This document shows, piece by piece, positions 28,050 through 36,332 of a stretch of DNA of 64,000 nucleotides. Both the position numbers and the translations under genes were made by a program. Under the pieces are notes generated by a model, which saw nothing but the letters and a program-made list of their open reading frames with translations, ran no database searches and was not told the origin of the DNA. Positions within the stretch are counted from its first letter, which is position 1. Each line of letters begins with the position of its first letter. Source of the stretch: Bacillota bacterium (GTDB taxonomy: Bacteria; Bacillota; Clostridia; Acetivibrionales; DTU013); assembly GCA_023411715.1 (NCBI GenBank), contig JAEYOM010000076.1, positions 12,995 to 76,994 on the forward strand, read 5' to 3'.

Positions 28050-29453
28050 TCATTCGGTCAAAACCGCTTCAATTTTTTTATTCAGCTCTTCGACATTTAC
28101 CGACTCTAAAGTTTTGTCCGAAAGCTTGTACTTATATTTCAGCCTGAGGATCCTGCCGACGCTCTTATCAATTCGTCCAATCGGAATCGTTCCGTTTTTT
28201 ACGGCAGCCTCGACCGAATTCATAGCCAGCCTTTGGCTGTCTGTGCCGTGACAAACAAGTATTATATCGCTGCCCGCCAGTACGGACCTCACGGAGGCAT
28301 TGCCTATGCTATAGTTCTTTGCGATAGCTCCCATTGTCATGTCATCAGTTATGACGACGCCGTCGAAACCCATTTTGCCTCTTAACAGATCAGTTATCAC
28401 AGCCTTTGAAAGAGATGCCGGGTATTTCGTATCCAGTGCGCTCATAAGGATATGCGCAACCATAACCGCGTCCGCTCCGTCTTTTATGGCGTTACGGAAC
28501 GGAACAAGCTCGAAGCTGTCAAGTCTGTCCATATCATAATCTATTTTTGGCAGGCCGACATGGGAATCGGTCACAGTATCGCCGTGTCCGGGAAAATGCT
28601 TTACCACCGGTATGATCCCCCTGTCCCTGATGCCGTTCATAACCGGAATGCCCATCCTGCTCACGCTCTCCGGAGTGGTACCGAATGCACGGTCGCCTAT
28701 GACCGTATTCTTAGGATTACTCCATATGTCGAGCACAGGGGCAAAATCGGTGTTGAAGCCAAAAGCCGCTATCTCCCCGGCAAGCATCCCGCCGATATCA
28801 TATGCATATCTGCTGTTTTTAGTATTGCCTACGGACAGCGCTGCCGGCATATCTTTGAGCTGGTCAGGCATCCGGCTTACTCTGCCGCCTTCCTCATCTA
28901 CCGATATTATTAAAGGCACCCTACTGGCCCCATTAATTTCCCTTATGGAATTATTGAGCGTGAGAAGCTGTCCGGGATACTTCACATTGCGCTGGAACAA
29001 TATAACTCCGCCGATATACCGGGTTTTTATCATATCCTTTATATCCGCGCCGGGTTCAGTTCCGTCAAAACCTAATATGAACATCTGTCCGATTTTTTCG
29101 GCCGTGCTCATGCTGTTAAGGGTCTTTTCAACCATGTCCCCGATGGAATCGTCCGACCCAGTCTGACCGTTTTGCCCGGATTGGCCGTTCTGCCCAGTCT
29201 GTTCTGTTTGCTGAGCTGTGTCCGGAGTCTGGCCGCCATCCTGCACAGTCGTGATCTGTTCAGGCAACTGTCCTTCCGTCGGCTCTCTACTACCTTCAGC
29301 TGCCGTACCGCTGGTTCCACCGTTTCCTGCAGCATCGGTACTGCTCTGGCCGGAAGCCGTTCCCGGCATGGCGCCGCTGTCGGTATTGGAATTACAGCCT
29401 GTAAATATTAACAGGATCGATATTATTAACAGAAAAACTCCGTGTTTTCTCAA
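28050..29453 (-). CDS. nagZ: Lipoprotein beta-N-acetylhexosaminidase (GH3, NagZ-like) with low-complexity N-terminal linker
   Basis: Lipobox LIFTGC and GH3 motif KHFPGHGDT. A Q/G/T-rich linker follows the signal peptide. TTG start behind AAGGATGG. Confidence 0.85.
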   Translation of the reverse strand: MRKHGVFLLIISILLIFTGCNSNTDSGAMPGTASGQSSTDAAGNGGTSGTAAEGSREPTEGQLPEQITTVQDGGQTPDTAQQTEQTGQNGQSGQNGQTGSDDSIGDMVEKTLNSMSTAEKIGQMFILGFDGTEPGADIKDMIKTRYIGGVILFQRNVKYPGQLLTLNNSIREINGASRVPLIISVDEEGGRVSRMPDQLKDMPAALSVGNTKNSRYAYDIGGMLAGEIAAFGFNTDFAPVLDIWSNPKNTVIGDRAFGTTPESVSRMGIPVMNGIRDRGIIPVVKHFPGHGDTVTDSHVGLPKIDYDMDRLDSFELVPFRNAIKDGADAVMVAHILMSALDTKYPASLSKAVITDLLRGKMGFDGVVITDDMTMGAIAKNYSIGNASVRSVLAGSDIILVCHGTDSQRLAMNSVEAAVKNGTIPIGRIDKSVGRILRLKYKYKLSDKTLESVNVEELNKKIEAVLTE

Positions 29454-29604
29454 GCCGTTCCATCCTTACACGTTATATTTTTGAATCTCAGTGTACCGAC
29501 ATATATATTTTCGATTACTTGACGATTATATTCATATCAGCAGTTTACATCCAGATTCTCACAATATTGTACAAACCACAACACAACCTCACGATTTATT
29601 TGAA

Positions 29605-29633
29605 ATTATATTCCAGTAAAACAGCCAAGTCAA
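29605..29633 (-). promoter_or_regulatory. Sigma-A-type promoter upstream of nagZ
   Basis: Minus strand TTGACT (29633-29628), 17 nt, TATAAT (29610-29605). Confidence 0.6.
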
Positions 29634-29640
29634 ACCTACA

Positions 29641-29811
29641 CTGTCTAGCCCAGCCGATAGTAGTCCTGTCTGAGCCGGTCGGTAACTACCCTGTCTAAGC
29701 CGGATGGCAACTGCTCTGTCTGGCCCAGCCGGCAGTTGTCTAGTTTGACCCAGCCGGCAACTGCCCTGCCTAACGGGCGGCAGCTACCCCGTCTAAGCCG
29801 GCCGCTTCATC
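29641..29811. repeat. Degenerate 24-26-nt tandem array, about 7 copies
   Basis: Plus-strand units start at 29641, 29666, 29691, 29716, 29740, 29766 and 29790. Consensus is CTGTCTaaGCCgGccGGCAaCTgcc; on the minus strand each unit ends in AGACAG. Confidence 0.9.
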
Positions 29812-29836
29812 TTTTTGTGTCATATCCGTATGCAGC

Positions 29837-31915
29837 TCATTCTGCCACATCCGTATGTGCCTCACTCTGTCGTATCTGGCTTGGATGCTTCCTGAAGAAG
29901 TCGACCCTGGGTTCAAGGAATTTCAGCCTGTGTTCGGCAGGCTCCTTCATAAAGCCATAGACCTTATCGAAAACGCGGTCCCAATGCCAGAATTCCTCAC
30001 CGAAACCAAGGTATTCACGGATCATTTCAGTACCTTCGGGAGCGATAGGATGCATAAGCACTGCTGCCGTCCTGACCATATGAAACATATCGATCAGAAG
30101 CTGAGCCCTAAGATCCTTATCATCAGCTTCATCAGCCTGTCTGGAGCGTCCCGACCAGTACTTGTTCATATTCCTGATGTAGTTGTCCATGAGGCTCATC
30201 ACCTGGTGGAACCGGAATTCCGACATCAACCTTTCATACTCGAGTACGACCTTCTTCGCTTCCTCTGCAATCTCGAAGCTTACATCTCCGACCGGTATCC
30301 TTCCGTCGAAATATTTCTGTGCAGTATAGAAACAGGAGCGCACGGCGCGATTGAACACGTTCGACAGCAGGTTTCCCTCCTTGAGCACAGGATCGCTGTC
30401 CTTTTCAGCTGCTTTGGGATTGAATGGCTTCGGCTGGAAGCTCACGCTCTTGATGCCCAGCCCCAACCCTAGAAAATGCGCCCTCAACTGTTCTGCGGTA
30501 TAATGCTCGAGGAGCTTGGCCGCCATTGGAGGTTTTACTGCGCCGCTGCTGCTGGCCTTCTTGTCAAGGAACAACAGATGATTGTTGACTATTAGCTCGG
30601 GAAGCTGAAGCTGACCATCACCGGGATGCGAAGAAGGCTCAGTTCCCTGCTGTCCCATGAACATCGCCATTTCGGCCGGCCCATAGAAGTAAACGTTATC
30701 TTCCCCGATAAACTGGTATACGCCCGCCTCACTGCTGCACCACCAGTCTTTCCATGAATCCCCGCCGCAGCCCTGCTGCTCGAGGTAGGCCATGGTGAAG
30801 GATATCGGAGCCCATAGGGATTCCGGCCATACCCATATCGTGAGATCCCCCATATTTTCTATTTCCGGCGCAGGAACGCCCCATTCGATATTACCGGTAA
30901 GTCTGAACGGTACGAGCGTTTTTCCCGTGCGATATCTGACAGAACCGGCGCTTAAAAGTGAACAGGCTTTTTCCCTGTCTTCGAGGGTGTCGAACACCAG
31001 TGAGAACGATGGTTTTCTTTCCTCGTCGATAATGGCATAGTGCGGCAGTTTGTCTGAAACAGCTTTGAAAAGTTCGGATTGATCACGTTTTATAAAAACG
31101 ACGGGAGGCTCAAGGAACTCTCTTACGCTCTTAATGACAAATTCCCTTGTACCCGGCTTTTTTTCCGCCGTTTCCGACCATTCCCGGATCAGATCATGAA
31201 ATTTATCCAGCTTGAAGTACCAGTTCGTAACATCCCTCATCTCGGGCTTTTCTCCGGAAAGCGTACTTTTGGGGTTTATCAGCTCCGAGGGCATATACTG
31301 GTGGCCTAATGAGCACTCATCGGCATAACCCCTTTCGGACGAGCAGCCGGCAATCGGACATTGGCCGACGACCTGGCGTCCGTTCAGAAAAACTTCAAAT
31401 TTTTTGTCATAGAACTGCGACGTGGTTATTTTTTGAAGATGGCCGTTTTCGTACAGGCGTTTTATAAAATCTTCGGAAACTTCCCTGTGGATCTCTGCAG
31501 CACGGCCTATCCCCGAGGCTGCAAAAAGGTTGGCGCTTATATTGTAAGCGTCCAGTACCTCCTTCTGCCGTTTATGATTTAATTCAACAAAATCCCGTAT
31601 CGTGCCCTCAAAATCGCCGTCTTTCACAAGTTTACGGTAATGCTCCAGAATCGGCGAGCCATAGCAGTCCGTGCCCGAAATAAATATTACATTTTCTTTT
31701 CCAATACGGTCCCGTAAAAAGCGGGCATAAGTGTCGGCGTGGACAAAGACGCCTCCTATGTGCCCAAGGTGCAGTTCCTTGTTACCGTACGGCATACCGC
31801 CCGTAATGATTGCGCGTTTCGGGAATACAGGCCTTCCTGTCGTAGCGGATAGATTACCTGCCACAGTCCCATCTTTATAACCTTTCATATCCTTTCTTTC
31901 AAACCCTTCGCTCAT
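29837..31915 (-). CDS. metG: Methionyl-tRNA synthetase, divergent type
   Basis: HIGH-type motif HLGH, Zn-knuckle segments CPIAGC / DECSLGH, and an anticodon-domain-like C-terminus, with a T-box leader upstream. Start set to ATG 31915 (GGAGGTG upstream). Confidence 0.85.
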   Translation of the reverse strand: MSEGFERKDMKGYKDGTVAGNLSATTGRPVFPKRAIITGGMPYGNKELHLGHIGGVFVHADTYARFLRDRIGKENVIFISGTDCYGSPILEHYRKLVKDGDFEGTIRDFVELNHKRQKEVLDAYNISANLFAASGIGRAAEIHREVSEDFIKRLYENGHLQKITTSQFYDKKFEVFLNGRQVVGQCPIAGCSSERGYADECSLGHQYMPSELINPKSTLSGEKPEMRDVTNWYFKLDKFHDLIREWSETAEKKPGTREFVIKSVREFLEPPVVFIKRDQSELFKAVSDKLPHYAIIDEERKPSFSLVFDTLEDREKACSLLSAGSVRYRTGKTLVPFRLTGNIEWGVPAPEIENMGDLTIWVWPESLWAPISFTMAYLEQQGCGGDSWKDWWCSSEAGVYQFIGEDNVYFYGPAEMAMFMGQQGTEPSSHPGDGQLQLPELIVNNHLLFLDKKASSSGAVKPPMAAKLLEHYTAEQLRAHFLGLGLGIKSVSFQPKPFNPKAAEKDSDPVLKEGNLLSNVFNRAVRSCFYTAQKYFDGRIPVGDVSFEIAEEAKKVVLEYERLMSEFRFHQVMSLMDNYIRNMNKYWSGRSRQADEADDKDLRAQLLIDMFHMVRTAAVLMHPIAPEGTEMIREYLGFGEEFWHWDRVFDKVYGFMKEPAEHRLKFLEPRVDFFRKHPSQIRQSEAHTDVAE

Positions 31916-31974
31916 ATTGCACCTCCGCATTAATAATATATCTTTTGTACCTGAACGGTCTGCTTCTTGATCCG

Positions 31975-32300
31975 ACTAAAAAAGCCCTCGCCTCCAGGAA
32001 CCTGTCCTGGGGACGAGAGCTATGCTTCGTGATACCACCCCTGTTTGCCGTTGCTTCACAGCAGCGGCCTCTGCCAGTACGCCGCATGATATGCGGTTAT
32101 ACTGCGGCACAATAACGGGTGCGACCGCTGCAGCCTACGTTGGTATGGTCCGATCATACGGTCGTATCATCGTTGATACCGTTCGATGCAGTGCTCAAAG
32201 GCCTGTTCGGTTCGTTCCGCCGTTCCCGTTCTCAGCTTCAGGGATCTCTGTACCGGTAAATCACGAACTTACTTTCCCTTATCATTGCATATTGCTTATT
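31975..32300 (-). promoter_or_regulatory. T-box leader of metG
   Basis: Minus strand carries AACAGGGGTGGTATCACG (T-box core, 32028-32045). It is followed by the terminator CTCTCGTCCCCAGGA...TCCTGGAGGCGAGGGCTTTTTT. AGAGA / GCTGAGA stem-I elements lie near the 5' end, and several AUG(A) triplets sit in the stem-I region. Confidence 0.85.
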
Positions 32301-32307
32301 TTACTGT

Positions 32308-32336
32308 ATTATATTCTTGCACGATCCGTTTGTAAA
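32308..32336 (-). promoter_or_regulatory. Sigma-A-type promoter of the metG T-box leader
   Basis: Minus strand TTTACA (32336-32331), 17 nt, TATAAT (32313-32308). Confidence 0.55.
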
Positions 32337-32394
32337 TATTATTTTTATTACGTTTAGAATAATCTCCATCAGCTAAAGTGATCCTATTTAAAAA

Positions 32395-33114
32395 TTACCA
32401 ATTAATCCTAATTAGATTATCAAGCTTTGCAGCTGTAATAAACATGCCTGCACCCATGAGTATAGGCATAAGACCAAATATCCAACAAAGTAACTTTGAA
32501 TGTAGTTGTTCTTTAAATTCCTTAAATAGTTTTCGATATGCAAAGTAAAAACAGATTAATGAAATGGCAACTGAGACAGTAGGCCAAAAATATATTCTGG
32601 GATTTGAAAGTATAAGTGCCGGTTGACTATCTGTTATTGGCCTGAATTTATCCATTGACATTGGAAAATTTAATTGCTTAATAGCCTTCAAGCCCCATTC
32701 TACTTCATCTGCCATACGAACTTTATTACGAAGAGCTCCGGTAAAAAACGGAATAACTCCCGCTAGGCGATTTAAAGCATTACTTACAGCTGCAGCTCCA
32801 ATAATAAGTGTTAATACATTTGTTTTACTTCTTTTATATAACAAAACAGTAAGTAAAATTGCCAATATCCAATTTGTAAAAGGACCCAACAAACCGGAAG
32901 AGTTTAATATACCTGTCTCTAATGTTTCAGAACGAAAGTTTGGGTCACTAGGCTTTTTACCTATGTCACCGACTTGATTGAATCCAGTACTGATATGGGT
33001 TCCATCTAGTTGTGCTCCAAAACCATGACCACATTCATGTATAAAGTTGAACAATGTTAATCCGATAAACAGCAATACTGCCCATAGAACAATAAACTCT
33101 ATATTTTTTTTCAC
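32395..33114 (-). CDS. Polytopic membrane protein with HExxH motif (putative intramembrane zinc metalloprotease), low GC
   Basis: FIHECGHGFG sits in or next to the first TM helix, with about 6 hydrophobic helices in total. GTG 33114 lies behind AAGGGGG. Sampled lines are about 28-37 % GC. Confidence 0.55.
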   Translation of the reverse strand: MKKNIEFIVLWAVLLFIGLTLFNFIHECGHGFGAQLDGTHISTGFNQVGDIGKKPSDPNFRSETLETGILNSSGLLGPFTNWILAILLTVLLYKRSKTNVLTLIIGAAAVSNALNRLAGVIPFFTGALRNKVRMADEVEWGLKAIKQLNFPMSMDKFRPITDSQPALILSNPRIYFWPTVSVAISLICFYFAYRKLFKEFKEQLHSKLLCWIFGLMPILMGAGMFITAAKLDNLIRINW

Positions 33115-33243
33115 TCATTTTCCCCCTTAAAGTGCTTCACACCAAAATACTCTCCTTTTTCACGCCAAAGCTAGGATAACTTGCTACTCATTTTGTCACT
33201 TTGGGCTTCATCCTAAATGGAATTTAGTTTCTCGCTAGCAGCG

Positions 33244-34509
33244 TTATTTCATAGTGTTATAAATATAATTCAGGCAATCATCCTGCTCTTTAAAATATGA
33301 AGTTGCTTTCAAAGGCGTTTCGACATCAGGATAAAGCGAATCGGTATCTTCGTCGGTAGTTTTGAAGTAATTGCTCGAATATTGGATATCCAGGCCTAAA
33401 TTCGATAAATGCAGTATCTTAACCTCTCCAAAATGGTTTGGTCTGCCTCCGGTCGGTTCGCCGATCATTACAGCATTCGTTTTCTGCTTGAGATCCATAG
33501 CATTCAATATAGCGGATGAAAACGTCCTTCTGCCGACTATTACATAAAGGCCGTCCTTGCTGTTTATGGAACTGCGCTTTTTTATCTCACTGATGAACGG
33601 ATCGAAAACCATTGAATTTCCGCCTCCGTTGTCGCGCAGGTCTATGACCATGGCTTTGGCTTTTTTACTGTCTACAGTATTGAATACATCCCTGGTAAAT
33701 TCATTGAAAGGGTAATCCTTCATATTTGAACATGAGTTATATTTTACATAAACTATGCCGGTCTTTTCATCGTATTGATACCAGTAGATATCATCCTTTT
33801 GCTGCGGAAGCGGGTATAAAGCCCTGAACTCTTTGTTATCCGAAAGCATTTTTATATCGCTCGTGTTCTTCATATTTACAGGGCGAACGAAAATATCCCG
33901 GCTTTCAAATGAAAACATCACCTCATCACTTTCTGTGACCCCTGAAATCTTTAATACGTCGAACGAATCGAGCATGCTGCAGAACTGACTTTTCGATATT
34001 GCCTGATTATCCTGGGATATGTATGGTTTCAGCTTATCGCGCAGCGTTTCGATATTGTAACCGTTTACTGCAATGAGTTTTTTGCCCCACAGCTCCTTAT
34101 ATTCTTCTGTTGTATTTATCAGATAGATGCCGTCTTCAAATTCGAAAAAGCTGAATGGATAGAACGATTCTCCTCTTATATTTACGCAGGTATGGCTGTC
34201 TCTTACCGAATTTACTATTCTCGCGAGCTCAGCCTTTATCTCAAGATCGCTCAGTTCCCCGACACGGCTTATCAGTTGTTCCATTTCATTATCAAACTCT
34301 TCCTTTGATAAATAAAAAAACAGATTTTTATGTAAAGCAGGCAGCTTTTGCTCGACAAACCTCAGATCAGCCGTCCATTTCTTTACATTATCTCCCTCAC
34401 TGACAACAGGTGTGGCAGTTGTCCTGTTAAACAGGTTGAAAAGAAATATGCCCGCGGCAGTACAAAAAATCAGTATGGCCGCCAGAATAACAATAAGTTT
34501 TTTTGACAT
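33244..34509 (-). CDS. S41-family peptidase (no PDZ seen), membrane-anchored or secreted
   Basis: N-terminal TM/signal helix, S41 motif VIDLRDNGGGNS, and Ser region GRRTFSSAILNA. Confidence 0.75.
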   Translation of the reverse strand: MSKKLIVILAAILIFCTAAGIFLFNLFNRTTATPVVSEGDNVKKWTADLRFVEQKLPALHKNLFFYLSKEEFDNEMEQLISRVGELSDLEIKAELARIVNSVRDSHTCVNIRGESFYPFSFFEFEDGIYLINTTEEYKELWGKKLIAVNGYNIETLRDKLKPYISQDNQAISKSQFCSMLDSFDVLKISGVTESDEVMFSFESRDIFVRPVNMKNTSDIKMLSDNKEFRALYPLPQQKDDIYWYQYDEKTGIVYVKYNSCSNMKDYPFNEFTRDVFNTVDSKKAKAMVIDLRDNGGGNSMVFDPFISEIKKRSSINSKDGLYVIVGRRTFSSAILNAMDLKQKTNAVMIGEPTGGRPNHFGEVKILHLSNLGLDIQYSSNYFKTTDEDTDSLYPDVETPLKATSYFKEQDDCLNYIYNTMK

Positions 34510-34532
34510 TGCTTACATTACCTCATATCTTT

Positions 34533-34570
34533 TCAAAATAAAATGAACATACAGTTGATGTACGTTCATT
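34533..34570 (-). terminator. Intrinsic terminator after the pyr operon
   Basis: Minus strand AATGAACGTAC-loop-GTATGTTCATT (11 bp, 1 mismatch) followed by TTTATTTT. Confidence 0.6.
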
Positions 34571-34626
34571 GATATGATACGAAAAATTTATAGCTAAGTC
34601 TCAATTTGTAAATATATTCTCGGATT

Positions 34627-35478
34627 TCAGGCGTATATCTTTTTATCTATGCACAGCTGTGCGCGTTCCCTTGTCTTTACGTCTGATTTCAGCGCATTTT
34701 CGAGGAAGCCAGGATGATCGTTGAGGAATGCTTTCATCGATTCACGAGGATTTGCGGTATATTTGAGCAACATGTCATGCTGGCCATTGGTTATCAGCCC
34801 CATTTCAAGCGCTTTATCGAAGAATTTCCTGTCTATCGACACCATTGCAAATGAGCAGATATTATTTTTTTCAAGGAGCTCCCCTCCGCCCTGGAGCCTG
34901 TCTACCACCACCACACTTGAGGCCAGCTGTCCGCATATATTCTTTATCGCAGGTATCCAGGCCCTCTCGTAACTCGAAGCTTCCGTGATCAGGTCTGCTA
35001 TATGCAGTACATTTGCTCCGTTGATCGTCTCAGCTTCACAGGTTTCACCCTTGTCGGTTATTACCGAGCTCAAGTCCTTGAAAATAGTGATATGCGGTTT
35101 CCCGAGTTTTTGGGCAATAATCAGTGAAAAGAACCAGTCGCGGCGTTCTCCTCCCGAAATAAAGTCGATGCATTCAAGATCGATATTGTTTTTGATAAAT
35201 TCGAGCATAGTGTCAATGAGGCCTTTATATATCTCATCGGAGGCATAGTTTTTTCCTATAAGCTGAAGCAGCTTTTCCGGGCAGTCCAGTTTATCCGATT
35301 TTAACGCGTCGATCTCTTCAAGCAGCTCAAGAGCCGTTTTCTCACTGCCGTAAAGGAAATGAGTGTTTATGTAATATGGGCCTATCGTACCGGAGGTATA
35401 CCAGAAGGGCTTGTCCTCCGGGCAGACCCTGACCGCATTCGTTTTGAACAACCAGTTTACCAGTTTCTCATCTGACAT
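34627..35478 (-). CDS. Atypical 283-aa phosphoribosyltransferase-like protein at the pyrE position
   Basis: Type-I PRT-like layout, but the PRPP loop reads VLHIADLITEASSY instead of the usual hydrophobic-DD-x-x-TTGGT pattern. It is about 80 aa longer than usual PyrE. Last gene of the pyr operon. Confidence 0.6.
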   Translation of the reverse strand: MSDEKLVNWLFKTNAVRVCPEDKPFWYTSGTIGPYYINTHFLYGSEKTALELLEEIDALKSDKLDCPEKLLQLIGKNYASDEIYKGLIDTMLEFIKNNIDLECIDFISGGERRDWFFSLIIAQKLGKPHITIFKDLSSVITDKGETCEAETINGANVLHIADLITEASSYERAWIPAIKNICGQLASSVVVVDRLQGGGELLEKNNICSFAMVSIDRKFFDKALEMGLITNGQHDMLLKYTANPRESMKAFLNDHPGFLENALKSDVKTRERAQLCIDKKIYA

Positions 35479-35510
35479 GTTTCGTTTCCTCCATAGCTCA
35501 ATTTATTCAG

Positions 35511-35577
35511 TCCGGCCATCAGGCTCGGTCGGTTTCGGCCATCAGGCTCGGTCAGTTTCGGCCATCAGGCTCGGTTG
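35511..35577. repeat. 22-nt tandem repeat, 3 copies
   Basis: Plus strand (t)ttcggccatcaggctcggtc(a/g)g x3. Located between the histidine-phosphatase stop (35582) and the SD of the OPRT-like gene. Confidence 0.9.
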
Positions 35578-35581
35578 GTCC

Positions 35582-36304
35582 TTAGGACCGATTAATTTTA
35601 GGATCGTTCTGTTTCGGCTTTTCATCTTCCCTGGCTTTGACTTTCTTCATATAATCCTCCCACCAATCCTGATTTACGACCGTTCCGAGGTCGTCTCCAA
35701 GGTGGGTCGAATCGCCCTCGGTCACGGTGCGGAAATTACCGTCCTCATAGTCTATCACCGTGATCGCAGTATTGTCGCACCAGGCTATATTGCACATCTC
35801 TTCCAGTGAACAATTCCTGAACCGACACAACATCGCCCTTATGGCAGTGCCATGTGTCACGATACAGATATTCTTCCCTTCATTCGAACGAATAATCTGC
35901 ATCACTTCATCCAGCAGCCTTTTCTGGAATTCCTCCATCGACTCGCCGTTCGGCATTTTATGAGCAAACGGACGATTTTCCCAGGTATCGTATTCTTCAG
36001 GCCAGCGCTCTTCCAGCTCCGTCCACGTCCGGTCTTCCCAATCTCCTCCGTTTATTTCCCTGAGATTGTCCGAGGTCGTAACAGGAAGCCCTTTTATATC
36101 TGAAATATAGGATGCAGTCTGCATTGTACGTTTCAGACTGCTCGAATATATAACGTCTATATCGACATCCTTGAGTCTTTCTGCAACGCGTTTCGCCTGC
36201 ATATGGCCCTTCGGGGTTATTTCCGAATCCGTCCAACCGTGAAACCGCCTGATCTTATTTCCTTCAGCCTCCGCGTGTCTCACAAAAATCAATCTGGTCC
36301 TCAT
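35582..36304 (-). CDS. Histidine phosphatase (phosphoglycerate mutase/CobC-like) family protein
   Basis: RHG-type motif FVRHAEAEGN and a second His region VTHGTAIRA; 240 aa. Confidence 0.85.
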   Translation of the reverse strand: MRTRLIFVRHAEAEGNKIRRFHGWTDSEITPKGHMQAKRVAERLKDVDIDVIYSSSLKRTMQTASYISDIKGLPVTTSDNLREINGGDWEDRTWTELEERWPEEYDTWENRPFAHKMPNGESMEEFQKRLLDEVMQIIRSNEGKNICIVTHGTAIRAMLCRFRNCSLEEMCNIAWCDNTAITVIDYEDGNFRTVTEGDSTHLGDDLGTVVNQDWWEDYMKKVKAREDEKPKQNDPKINRS

Positions 36305-36332
36305 TGCAACACCTTCAAACGCAAAATTTTTT

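Noticed and set aside
32301-34626. Prophage remnant or mobile element explaining the low-GC genes.
   Set aside because: There is no integrase, transposase or recombinase gene, no tRNA target, and no flanking direct or inverted repeats visible. It is therefore reported only as a compositional island.
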